A stretch of DNA of 64,000 bases, taken from NCBI GenBank assembly GCA_943704425.1, contig CALSCP010002461.1:1-64000 (forward strand), written 5' to 3'. This stretch comes from Ministeria vibrans ATCC 50519 (taxonomy: Eukaryota; Protista; Filasterea). Made by a program: the position numbers and the translations under genes. The notes beneath the pieces are model-generated. The model did no database searches and was not told the origin of the DNA. It worked only from the letters and a program-made list of their open reading frames with translations. Positions 1 to 13,963 of the stretch are shown here, in pieces (the first letter of the stretch is position 1; each line of letters opens with the position of its first letter).

Positions 1-261
1 AAAAAAAAAAAAGAAAAAGAAAGAGAGAAAGAAAGGAGGTGAGTGAGTGGGGCTCGGAAATGACCGCCAAGAGACCGTACCGTAGGAAGCACATCGGTTG
101 TAGTCGGTCTAAGGGCAAGAACCAGTCGGTGAGACGAGGGAGAGAGCGCGCGCTGTTGATAGTTATCTTACGAGCGAAACACAGCCGCCTGAGCAGACCC
201 TGGTGGCCAAGACCGCAGGTACCAGTGCAAGGCACACGAGCAGCAATACAGCCTTTACCAT
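1..261 (-). CDS. 5' part of a secreted protein of unknown function; runs off the window edge
   Basis: ATG at 261 gives signal-peptide-like MVKAVLLLVCLALVPAVLA; GTAAGA donor at 171; a further small exon (TDYNRCASY) near 82-109 is bounded by TAG and GTACGG. Confidence 0.5.
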
Positions 262-576
262 ACCGAATGAAAATTGATGAAAATAACTTATTTGAGAACA
301 GTCAAACAAACCTCTCCTTTTCTCTCCTGGGAACACTCTGGGAAAGGAATCAAAGAAACGAGTATCAAACGAAACACGACAACGCGCACAGCTTAGAGTC
401 ACTTGCTAAGCTACGGGATGTCCAGGATGACGGTCGAGATAGAGAGAACAGCGGCGACTGGTTGACTGGCAACCAATCTGTTTGTTTGTTTGTTAAAGAT
501 AACGGAGGAGTAATTATGAATAATTAAGATGGGATGTGTACAAAAAAAAATACATTCTCCTCATTATGTTCACTCA

Positions 577-1608
577 TCACTTGGCGTCGTCGTGAACAAG
601 TGCGCGGATACCCGTGAGACACAGGGGCAGACCATGAATAGTCGACTTCATGCTCTAAAAAAAGAGAATGCAGGATACGATACATGTTAGATGCGCCACA
701 ATATTACTCGTGACGTTAGTACGTGGGGTGGAAGCCAGCCGTGCATGTTCAAATTGAAGGTGGCAATGACAAGGGAGGAGTCGTCAACGCCCGGCAGAGG
801 CTCAATGACAATGCCGTTGCGCATCTCGCCACGCACATAGCCTGTCTGCTCGGGAACATCCGGTCGCGTCACTGACACGTACGCCACGACAATACACCCG
901 CCCGCATCCACGCGCCAGCCCCGCGCATACACAAAGTCTCGTCTGCACAAACACAAAAACTCATATCAGTAAACCTATTTTATCACACACACACACACAC
1001 ACACACCCACATACATAAAAATATATACACTCACAATAACGACAACGACAACAATAAAAATAATCATAATCATAATATTTATATTATTATTACGGTGAGA
1101 CAGCCCAGGGAGTCTGAAAGGTGCACTGGTGGACGGAGACGCGCTCGGAGACCTGCTCGACAAGCTCAAAGGTATCAAAGGGAGCGCGCCATACATCGGA
1201 ATGCGCAAGACATGTATCGAGGATGGCAGTGGTCGCAAAGGGCATGACGGTGACGCCCTTGACGGCCATGGTCGAGCCTTGTGTGCGCGCATACACCGTC
1301 ACGCCGTCGTTCTCAAGCAGGAAGGCCCACGTCGTATCCAGGCTCTCGCTGCGCACAGTTGACATGGCTTCATCCAGAGTGCGGGTCACAGGAACTACCG
1401 GCGGCGTTTGTGAGCGCTCTCTCTCTTGCTCTTCTTCTTTTGACATACCGTCACCAAGATCGCTTGCACTGGGCACATTGATGACCGTATCAATGGTGTG
1501 CGTCAGTGAATGGGGTTGTCTCATGCGCTCGTAGCTGCTTCCAAATCGACTAGAGCCACCTGTGCGCGCATTCAGGTCTTCTTCGTCATCATAGAATAAC
1601 TCGGACCG

Positions 1609-1651
<43 letters not shown>

Positions 1652-2334
1652 TCATCATCATCATACTTGTCGTAGTCACCGTCACCATCATCACCGCCGT
1701 CTTCGCCATGCACATAGCTCGGAGTGCCCGACCCAAATTCAGAGCCCACAGTCACATACGAGCTGGTACCACCACCGCTTGTTTGTGTGCGACGTTGACG
1801 GCGTCGTCGCCGCCGCCTACTCAAGCCAGCACTGCGTTTGCGAGGGTGCTTTGCTATCCAAACCCACACTTCGAGACAAGGCAACACGAGCGAGGCGACC
1901 AGCAGAACAATCTGCTCCCATTGCGAGCCAGTCGGCTCGACAAACACAAACTTGGCGACGCAGAAGGCGAGCGAGGCCCCCGTCGTGCTTGCCACCACCC
2001 ACCACATGGTACGTCCACACGCCGTATACACCGAAATCAGAATGATGGAGCGTGCAAGAGAGACGCACAGCACGTCGAAGAAGGAAGTGTCGAAAGTGTA
2101 GTCAACAACTTCCTGCGTCCAAAAAGCTTGCTGGAAAAAAAAAACAACAGGAGACGCAATGGTTACTACACACAAATCAGACACGGCCAAAGGTAGATGC
2201 TGATGATTGTGCACCTGCGAAGGGCGCACGCCATTTTCGCCGCTGAGCAAGAAGAGCGCAAAAGTGACAACGAAATCAAAGGACGCCAGCGCCGCCATGT
2301 ACTGTCGCAGCCGAGGCTGCTTTGCACGTGACAT
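577..2334 (-). CDS. STARD3: STARD3/MLN64-like sterol transfer protein (MENTAL transmembrane domain + START domain)
   Basis: MENTAL-like FFDVLCVSLARSIILISVY with TM helices; START motifs SP-RDFVYAR, GYVRGE, NMHGWLP; introns 2131-2214, ~943-1093, ~655-707; stop TGA 577-579. Confidence 0.8.
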
Positions 2335-2445
2335 TGTTGCTCACTAGCCCACTTGAGTCTAACACACGAAGAAACAATGTTAAATTATTATTAACTATAA
2401 TATAGTTAACTTTAGTTTAATAATCTGAGGTATGATGTATTCTTG

Positions 2446-3838
<1,393 letters not shown>

Positions 3839-4032
3839 ATGACACAAATACAAGACGGATATTCGATAATTATGTGTCGAGTTCAGAGTTGAGACTTTTT
3901 TGAGTCTTCATCCGAACTTGGCGACTTCATTTTTGATTTTACATTTCAATTTTTTGACTGCCTTCTCTCTGTGTGACTTTCTCTCCCACTGTCCCTCCGT
4001 GTTCTTTGCACGCACACTTGGCTTCCTCATCG

Positions 4033-5962
4033 ATGATCGATCCCCGGAACGGGACAGATCCCGTGGGCCTGTCGGCGTCACAAATGACCGCTTTGGCCAC
4101 AACTTCCCTTGTCTCCGCCTGCCTCTCCTTCCTTGGCGCCCTCTCCATTGTGTGCGTCCTTTGGTTCACGTACTATCGCAAGGGCTCGCGAAGACGCGCC
4201 ATGAGCGACAGCGAGCGTCCCTGTCTGGACACCACCAACGCCGACTCAAGCACTCTCGCCGACACCAACGCCTCTTGCGACGCCGCCAACGTGTCACGCA
4301 CTGCCTCCGACCGTCTTGCACAGGACACGAAAATGCCCGGCGATACGCCCATTGTGCTGCAGCTTAGCATCGCAGACCTCCTGACGGCGCTTGGCGTTGC
4401 CGTCGGCTCCATCATGTACCTCACCGGCAACGAGCTGCAGAGTACCACGTGTCTTGCCATTGGTGCCTGGACTGCGGTATGTCTCGCACCACACCCTGCC
4501 TCTCCTCTCCGCTCTCCTCCCTTTCTCGTCCGCCCCTCTTTTTTTTTTATATCATTCGTTTGTGTCTACCCACCACTTCAAACGGACGCAAGCCAGTCTT
4601 GCCGAGACTCGCAGCCGGTTCCTATTCTCACAGACCCGCTGTTTCTCTTCGCATCGTTGGCCCCGCACACTCCGCATTCCCTCCTTTCACCTGTCAGATG
4701 ATTCAAACTTTTTTTTTATCATCTTCTCCCCCTTTTTTTTTTTTTTATTGCGTCTCATCCCATCGTCAAAAGAGCCTCCTCTAATCAGCCCACTCTTCGC
4801 GCCCCGCACGCGTCCTTCCTTTGAACCTGACGTGTCTTCGTCGGCTGCGACGACAATCTCTTTTTGTTTGGCGCACTGCGTTTTGACCTGACCACACTCG
4901 CACCTTGTTTCGTACACCCTCCTCGCACCTCGTTTAGCTGCGACCCCACTCACTCTCGCACCTTTCTTTTCCTCCATAGACCTTTTATGTGTGCACCTTT
5001 CTATTCACCTTCCTCTATGCCGTTCGACTGTACTTGTGGACACGGGACGCGGCGCGTTACCGCAAGGTGTTTCTCAAGCCGCTGTCGATCACCTGTTATC
5101 TGGCCTGGATTGTTCCGCCCGCCCTCATATTCTCTTTTGCTGGCACCGGTCTCTATGGCGTGTCGTCAAGTGACAACGCCGAAGCGAGCTGGTACGCTCC
5201 GTGTGAGCTTCTCAAGCGACCTTAACAATTCTCTTTTTTTTTTGTTTTTTTTTGTTCTTTTTGGGGGGGGAGTAGGTGTTATCCGGTGTTGCATCAGGAT
5301 AGCCAAGAGTTTACAATCTATAGTGTACTTGTGTTTGAGATTCCGCTGCTGCTTGTCATGATTGGCAATACCATTTTGTTTGCTCTGACCGTACGGCAGT
5401 ACCATCGTCGCATCAAAGCGTGCGGCGAGTACACCAATCGCCAGCGTTTCCTTGAGCGCAAACTCGTCTTCAAAGTCGCCGGTTTCATGCTCGTCTTCTT
5501 CTTTTGTTGGACACCCTTTGTTGCTTTGTGCTGCTACCTCCTTGTCCATCCCGACACCAACCTTGCCCATCTTTTTCCCCTCTATCTCACTCAGGTACGT
5601 TTTGCCCCTCGCATCTGTCGTTGCGACGCAATTTTTTATTTTTTCTTTCTCCCTTTTTTTTCTTTTCTTCTACTTGTATTTAGACGTTGTGTGCGCCACT
5701 TCAGGGTGCTCTCAACTGCCTTGTGTACGGCTGGCTCTCGAGCAAACTCGAGCCGGCGCGTCGCCAACTGCGTTTGGCTCTGTCGCGTCCCTCCGACACC
5801 TACTCTCTGCGCTCTAATCCCGCCTACCCTGCCTCCTATCGAACCTTCGAGCCCCCTCACTCGTCTGTGCTTGCCGTCCCTTCCTCCTACACCACCACCG
5901 CCTCTCTCACAAGCTCTCCTGCGAAGCCCCACACTCCTTTCAGCGACGCCTACTCCTACTAA
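4033..5962 (+). CDS. 7TM GPCR, cAMP-receptor-like (GPR157/TMEM116/GPR143-like)
   Basis: Four exons with canonical sites; LSIADLL in TM2, FFFCWTP in TM6, PLQGALNCLVYG in TM7; N-terminal NGT sequon. Confidence 0.75.
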
Positions 5963-6395
5963 ACCCGAATTCACACCAACCCTGACACTGGTCTGTCATC
6001 TGTACCACCATTACACACCCTTGTACATTTTAATTAGTATTTCTATGGCGGAAGCATTGTATTACTCTTCATTGTATTGTACTTTTATCTCCTTATAAAT
6101 TCTTTCTTTTTGTGTCTGTTCTTTCCAATCACTTTGACTTGAGTGACTCTCTCAAATCCATGCAAGGAAAAATTCACAAAAAAAATTCCCATTATAAAGG
6201 GGGAGAATGCATAACTATAATGCAGATTGCAGAATGCAGTGAATGCACCTAAATAACAGCACCTTTTAGAATACACATTATGCATCTCCAATGTGCGTAT
6301 GACTTGAAAAAGATTAAAGAAGTGAAAATTATAATAAAAATAAATCAATCAATATACTTTTCTTTTTTGTTCACTGAGCTCAGTTCAATTGGGTC

Positions 6396-7098
6396 ATGTC
6401 GGACGAAGAGAAGCCGGCGGAGTGCAAAGGGGGGTCGCGCGTCAAAGCCAGTTTTCCCCTGGTAAACAATTCCTCATCCATTGTACACACTCACTCACTC
6501 TCTCTATGTCTCTCTCTCTCTCCCTCCCTTCTTCCCTCTCGCGTAGGCGAGTATCAAGAAACTCGTTCAGGCCGACGATTCCGTCGGTCGTATCTCACAA
6601 CCGGCTCTCATTTCGATCGGTAAGAATACACACAACGTCTCATTGAATGCCTCTCATCTTCACCCTCCGTAGGCAAATCCGTCGAGCTCTTCTTGTGTTC
6701 TCTCCTCCAGTCTAGTCGCTCCATCGCCGAGGAACGCGGAGCCTCAAAACTCACTGCATCTCATCTGTAAGCGCGCAAACCAATGGCTGTCGTCTCTCAC
6801 GCGCTTGACACCTGCGCAGTCGTGCCTGCATCCTTGCGTCCGACCGGTTCGACTTTGTCCGTCACGTGGTAGAAGGTGTTGCAGATGTGGCAGAACAAAC
6901 AGAAGAGGCGGCGGAGACCAAGCCGGCGGGGCGCAAGCGCAAACCATGCACTAGTGGCGACGAAGGCGAGGGTCCCGAGACGCACAAACGTCCCAGGAAA
7001 AAGACGCCTGCCAAGTCCAAGGAAGACAAGCCCAAGGTGAAGAAGGCCCCCGTGCAGCGATCCAAGAGCGCTAAAAAGGAGCAGAAATACTGTGACGA

Positions 7099-7129
<31 letters not shown>

Positions 7130-7255
7130 AATGCTGATTTGGAGTACGAAGACGACGAAAAGGAGGAAGAGGTAGTGGAGGCACATGCCACAGCATCGAC
7201 CTCTCGTGACATCAAGCTGGACTTGGGTGATGATGTCGACGAAGACTACGACTAA
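6396..7255 (+). CDS. DRAP1: NC2 alpha / Dr1-associated corepressor (histone fold)
   Basis: Spliced sequence FPL-ASIKKLVQADDSVGRIS...KSVELFL...KLTASHL...RFDFVRHVV; acidic tail ending DEDYD. Confidence 0.8.
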
Positions 7256-7336
7256 ATTGCGTCTCTTCTTTTACCACAAGCCAAAAAAATGTACATTAAA
7301 TTTTCTTTTCTCTCACACACACGCGCGCGCACAGAC

Positions 7337-8244
7337 TCACAAATCCATTCCGTTTGTTTCGTCATCGCTAAACGGGTCCATCTCAGACATGTCGCTTTCG
7401 CTGTCGCTGTCCTCCTTGTTCTCTGCATCGTCAATGGCGCGTTGCGTCGCAAAGCGCGTCACATAGTCTAGTGCACACATAAGACCAACGAGCAGACATT
7501 AGGAGTTCTTTTTTTTTGCATACCTTTGCATTTCTCTTTAAACCGCTCCGGCTCACGCATCAGCACTGCTGCTGCGTCACCATTAAGCGGATCCTGAGGA
7601 TTCGGATAGAGCAGTAACTGCGGCAGAAACGTATCGAAGATGTTCGACAAATCATACAGCGGAGTCCATGTCTGGTTGATCACATCAAGGCACACCGAAC
7701 CCGACCTGATAGAACGACACCAGACCACAGGTCAAGACACATCGCCGATGAGACACACACACTTTCTCTCTCTCTCTCTCTCTCGGTCTCCCTTTCTCTC
7801 TGCCTTACAGTTCGTCAATGTTGGGATGGTAGATTTTGTTGATAAATCCAATGGAGGGAGACTTGTACGGGTAGCCTTCAGGTATCTCGACGTGGACCTT
7901 CCATACGCCTCCTTCGTAGGGGCCTGGGTTGCGCACAAGAAAAGAAAAAAAGAATCACGTCAAGGCATCGACAGGCTCGCACGGTCGCCCGCCACTGGCC
8001 ACACGCCACGCTGGCCTGCGACGGCGAGCGCGTCACGGCGCCTTGCCATTGGGTGCACGTGACGCGCCGGATGTCGCCGCCGGCAGGAACAGGACGGCTA
8101 ACACTCGTTTTTGAACTTACTATCTTTAGGTCCTTCGAATTTGACGAAAAACTCATACATGCTATCGTTCACCAGAGTCACCTCATAGCCCTTCATCATA
8201 AGTTTCATGACATCCGTTTCCAGGCGTCTCTTTGGCGACGACAT
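7337..8244 (-). CDS. UBE2H: Ubiquitin-conjugating enzyme E2 H (Ubc8)
   Basis: [62 protein letters not shown]; four exons. Confidence 0.93.
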
Positions 8245-8717
8245 TTTGACTCTCGAGAAAAATTGTGATCTTTTTATTCTTTGATCTTTGATCTTTGATC
8301 TTTCCCCGATCGGCCGTTCAAAATGATCACAAAATGATCAAGTCTGATATCACCGCATCAGCACTGAGAAGTGAGAAGTGAGTCCTTGACTCCTTGTTAG
8401 TTGTTCGGTGTTCCTTGGGCCTGAAAAAGTCACTCCCTCAGTAGTTTTATCACATAAGCCTTGATCAATCGCTCACGTATGGATGATGTTAGTGTTGAAT
8501 AGGATTTCTTCCCACATAATTAAGTACAAAGACGTCAAAGAGGGTTGTTCCACCCGGCATTCCCTCAAGAGTGAAGAGACAGACTCAAGAGCCAAGAGTC
8601 AAGACATGTGGGCCCTCCCGCCATGCGTCTGATTCTGCTACGATCATACATTGATCATTCAACACATTGAGATAATATTATTTGCAAAAGTAATGATAAT
8701 CATATTTTTTTATCCGT

Positions 8718-10959
8718 ATGCGCCTCACCAGAACCCTCACTCGTCGCATTCTGGGCACGACCCGTCTCCTGTCGTCGGAAGCATCCTCCTCCGAAGCAGC
8801 CCGGAATGTCTCCATCTCGCCGGCTGCGCAGCTGCTGACGGATCACGAGCGCGAGACGTGGGTCTCCAACGCCATGTTCAATTTCCATTTTCAGTCGCTC
8901 GAAATCCGCGAAATCCGCAAACACATCCATGTGCCCACCACCATCACTGGTCGTGTCAGGAGTATTCGTAAGCCTGGCCGAAACCTCACCTTTCTCGATG
9001 TCTATTCCGACGGCGTTCGCGTCCAAGTCAAATTCGGGCCTTCCTCCGTCGACGAACACTCGCCGTCCATCGAAGAGTACGCCCTACACCCCACATGCAC
9101 ACGCCAGAGGCTGCATGGACGCATCCACACACCCCCCCTCCCACGCGCATCGTGACTTACTCTCTTCTCCTTGTAGGCATGCCGAGACCATGTCACGCGT
9201 GCGTCTCTTTGACATTGTGTGCGTGACGGGATTCCCTCGGAAGGATTTCAAGGCCATGGTGGAACGCGACACGGTCCTCTCGGCCTCGTCCGTGCGCGTC
9301 CTCTCGCCCTACATTCGAGACAAGTACGCGCCTCAGGTGACCACGCCTGTCGCGCGTTGGCGTGATCCCGTCTTCGCATGGGTCTCCAACGGTGACAAAG
9401 CACTCGCACACATTCGCGCCCGTGCCAAGCTCTACTCCACGCTACGTGCCATTCTCGACGCCCGTGATTTTGTCGAAGTCGAGACCCCCGTGCTGTGGAA
9501 CAAGCCGGGTGGTGCCTCGGCGCTTCCCTTTGTCACACAGCCCCGTCAAAAGGCCTTTGGCGAACTCAGCATGCGCGTCGCGCCCGAACTCTTTCTCAAA
9601 CAGCTCGTCATTGGCGGCCTCAATCGTGTCTACGAGATTGGCAAGCAGTTCCGCAACGAGTCGGTCGACGCCACCCACAATCCCGAGTTCACCACCCTCG
9701 AGATGTATCAGGCCTACTCGGACACGACTGCCCTGCGCACTCTCACCGAGTCGCTCGTGCGCGAAATGGTCCGCACCGTCGAACCCACCATGATGGTCGC
9801 AGTCTCCCCGCGGCGCGCTGAACTCCGCGACGGCGATGCCAACCAGCCCTTTGGCTATGTGCCCCGTTCCGACGCCCGCTACGCCTTTATCCCACGCATG
9901 CTCGAGAAGCAGCCCCAGCCGCGGACACACCCATCCGACGCAGCGGCTACCTCGTCACCAACATCGACAGCAGTACCAACAACGACAACAACATCATCTT
10001 CATCATTACCATCATCATCCTTAAGTGACCCACCGCTGCCATCATCTTCCTCCTCCTCCTCCTCTTCTTCTACTTCTTCTTCTTCTTTGTCTGCATCCGA
10101 GCCAATTCGTGGCGCCTTCCAAGCCTCAACCGAAGAGTGGCACAAGCAGCGCGCACAGCAGACTCAACCGATTTCCGACGAGGGACGGCGGTCCATGGAG
10201 GACAGGCAGCAACAGGTCAACGACGCAACCGTTTCCGTTCCCGAGCCCGTGAGCTCACGCCCGGCTGCGCGCCTCTCCACCATCCATATCGACACGTCCT
10301 TTCGCACCCTTACCTTCCTCGAGGCCATCGACGACCGCCTCTCCAACACGTCCACGTTTGAGCGCATCCTCGCCCGCCACTATGACTTCCTCCAGTCTCT
10401 TGGCGACGACTGCGCCCCCGACCAGGCCGTTGCCGACGAACAGCTCATTCTCCACGACCTTAAAAACTGGCTGTCGCGCCCAGACTTGTGCCCTCGCGAG
10501 TTCTCCTTTGCCCAGTGTCTCGATGCCATCTCGTCCTCTCTGCTTGAGCCTCTCTTTGTGCCTCCAACTTTTCTCACTCAACTCCCCACCGTTCTCAGTC
10601 CGCTCGCCCAATCCGTGCCCGACCGCCCCTATCTCGCAGACCGCTTTGAGCTCTTCATTGGCGGCCGTGAGATTGCCAATGGTTACCAAGAGCTCACAGA
10701 CCCGCGCGAACAGCACCGTCGCTTCCTCTGGCAGGCACGTGATCGTCTTGCCGGCGACGCGGAAGCACAGCAAGCGAACGACGAGTACGTCAACTCGTTG
10801 CGCTGCGGCCTTCCTCCAACCGTCGGCCTCGGCATCGGCATCGACCGTGTTATGATGCTGGCCACCCAGTCCCCTTCCATTCGCGACGTTCTTTCGTTTC
10901 CTCTTCTCAAACCCCTCAAATCCCCAACACCCAAACCGACGAATGAGTCTTCCTCCTAG
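8718..10959 (+). CDS. KARS: Class II lysyl-tRNA synthetase, probably mitochondrial, with a long low-complexity insertion
   Basis: Arg/Thr/Ser-rich presequence; EVETP, GGASALPF, APELFLKQL, FRNESVDATHNPEFT, DRFELFIGGREIANGYQEL, GLPPTVGLGIGIDR; one intron ~9076-9176. Confidence 0.88.
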
Positions 10960-11843
10960 GTCTCTTTTATCCCTGTAAAACACCATTGGTACACGACCTT
11001 CCGATCATGCCCATATTCTCAGAGAAAGAAAACCCATTGTAATGCATGTCTGTCTGTCTCGCTTCTTGACTAGTACTTCTCTCAAGGCTCATCTGTCTCC
11101 TGGCTGTCGATCTGTCAGTTGCTCCTTTTTTCATTGATGATCTTATTTTTCACTCTATTAATTTTGACATTTCAAACTGATTCATCAATCATCTCGCAAG
11201 TCAGTAGTCACATCACTCACATCTCATCAGTCATCACTGATCACTCCCTTTACGCTGCTCTCTGACTTCCACTTGACTCTCGCTCACTCTGCTCTCTTCC
11301 ACCCTTCTACCCCTCTCCATTACGACCGTCAGACCAATCCCTATTACAAGTGAGGTGCACCGTCAAAAAAAAAACCGTCGTTTGCGAAAATAGTCCCAAA
11401 ATCATATACCCGCTTCACTGTGCACTGCCTCCCGCGCACCAAGCTCTACGCACACACAACCCAGTCGTATCGCGTGGGTGTGGCGCCGAATCGCGTCGGT
11501 GCTCTGTCGGACGTCAAAAATGTGCCAGTTGGTTTGGCATCTGACAAACGCACCCGCCGAGGCGCACCGGGCCCGCCCCCACGCCCCTCTCCTGCCCCCG
11601 TCCGTGTGTCTCTTGAAAGTCCCCGCAATCCCCGCTCGTCTTCTTGTTTTTCTTTTTTCTTTTTTTTTCTTTTTTCCTGTCTTTTTTTTTTTTCTTTTTT
11701 TTTGCTCTGCAAACCTGTCGAAAAAAGCCCAACTTCCGAAATGCGGTGTCCCCCCGCACTATGGCGGTGTTTCCTTTCGCGCCGTAGTCAACATGCACTG
11801 TAGCTACCCCTTACGCTGGGAATTCTTTGTGTGTCTTCACAGC

Positions 11844-12091
11844 ATGGAGCGCGACGAAGACCCAGACTGGGATGATTCCATGAGTGTCAGCGACATGTCA
11901 AACGCAGAAAAGGCTCAGCGCCGACGCGCCAAAATCCGCGGCTCAACCCTCACAACCAAGACCGCTGCTACCATGGCCAAAAAGTCAAACTTTATCGCCG
12001 GCACTCCCGCAGGTAAGAAGCTACAGCCACAAAACAACCCAAAACAATACTACTTGAAATAATAATACGAATCACAGTATTATAGTAAAAT

Positions 12092-12126
<35 letters not shown>

Positions 12127-12193
12127 TATTATTATTATTAGTATTGTTATTAATTATTATAATAAAATTAATAAATTTATTATTATTATAATA

Positions 12194-12236
<43 letters not shown>

Positions 12237-13861
12237 GTTATTGTTATTCATTATAATTATATAGCCGCGACGTTTGCTGGAGAGATTCCTCAGGCAGTGG
12301 GTCACATGGAGACAGCGGCGATCCTTATGCAACTGAGCAACGCACGCTACAACGATCCGTTTCGAGCAGCCGCACTGCCGCCACCCGACAGCAACCGAAT
12401 GCCCGTACCCGGTGGAGGCGCAAGTGTCTCTCATGCAGGCGATCGTCGTGCTCCAGTTGGACACAACAGTGGTGGGGTGGTGGTGGTGGTGGCGGCGGAG
12501 GGGCGTACAGTGATGCCACGAGTGGCTCGGGTGGCGACAGCAAGAAGCGGCGGGGCAACCTACCTAAGGCTGCAACCGTCGTGCTCAAAGATTGGCTTTT
12601 TAAGCACTTGGCGCATCCATACCCCAGTGAGGAGGAGAAGGAGGAGCTTGGCGGCAAGACTGATCTCTCTGTGAGCCAAATTAGCAACTGGTTCATTAAC
12701 GCGCGTCGCCGTATTCTTCAACCCATGCTCGAGCAGGCAAAGCGCACGCGATTTGATCGCCGCGACAATGTCGTTGTGGGCGTCCAGAGCATCGATGGTG
12801 TGCCTACCGTAGTGACGGCGCTCCGCAGCGTTGACGATCAAGGCATTTGTCTTGGCAATGTGTTGCATGCGGGCGACGTCAAGGCCGACCCGCGCGGCGG
12901 CGGTCTTACTGTCAAGCTCACGGACACACCCACGTCAACAACAGACGCTGTCACCGTCATTGAAATCCCCGTGCTCGGCGGCGGCAGTGGCGGCGGCGGT
13001 AGCTATGTCAGCACGACCTCTGGCCGACAGCGCACCAGTGCGCGCGCAACCAAGTCGCGTCGCCGCCACGGCAGCAACAGTCTCAGCGCAGAGAAGGAAT
13101 TGGGCGCTGAGGAGGACGACGAAGAGCTGGGCGATGACGACGACGACGACGACGACGACGAACAACCTCGTGCCTCGTCCGATGCAGTTGCAGAACTTGA
13201 GGCTCTAGTGCAAACAAATCAGGCAATCAGACAAGAGGTGCACGACCACAAAAGACGCCTGCAGAGCGCCCAGCATCAACAACAAAAACAACAGCAAAAG
13301 CATCACCACCAGTCGAGCGGTACGAAACGCAAGCGCAAGCGCAAGGGCGACGATGATGACGACGCAGACTGGTGCGCCGACGAGGAGGAGGATGAGGACG
13401 AAGACGACGACGTTGTCGACGACGACGTTGATCCAAAAGGGTCCCTCGACCGCAGTGGCGCCGCGCCCGCTTCAAAGCGGCGTCGCGTTGTGCTCACACA
13501 TGAGAAAGTGGCGGCACAACTGGAAGAACAGCGACACATTCGGCTTGAGCTGTTACAAGAGCAGCAAGTCCTCGCACAACAAGCAGAGCGACACCGTCAA
13601 CTCGAGCTACAAAAGAGGCAGGTCACCTACGACCCCTCAACCAGCAATACCACTGCCGCGCCCACCGCCATCACCACTTCTACAACGACCACAGCCACTT
13701 TGAGCACCGAGGCACGATCTGCAGAGAGCTCAGAGGCTGCTCCCGCCAACTCAAAATCAGCAGCGACAGCCCCAGACCCTAAGACTTCAACACAAGTCCC
13801 TCTCACCTCAACTTCTACTGAAGTTGAATCTGGTGCCGTCAAACCTTCTGCAACCGAGTAA
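11844..13861 (+). CDS. TALE-class homeodomain transcription factor (TGIF/MEIS-like) with an apparent frame break near 12475
   Basis: [33 protein letters not shown]...[13 protein letters not shown] at ~12542-12725; intron 12013-12263. Confidence 0.82.
12093..12260. repeat. (TAA)n/(TTA)n microsatellite, intronic
   Basis: Directly visible. Confidence 0.9.
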
Positions 13862-13963
13862 AAACATTGATAATTATAATAATAATAAAATAAAATATAA
13901 TATTATTAATAATAATAATATAATATCAAAATAATGCGTCGATATATTTTGTACACAGTGGAC

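Noticed and set aside
8480-8632. Possible C/D snoRNA (ATGATG...CTGA) between UBE2H and LysRS
   Set aside because: Imperfect C box, no terminal stem and no recognisable guide sequence
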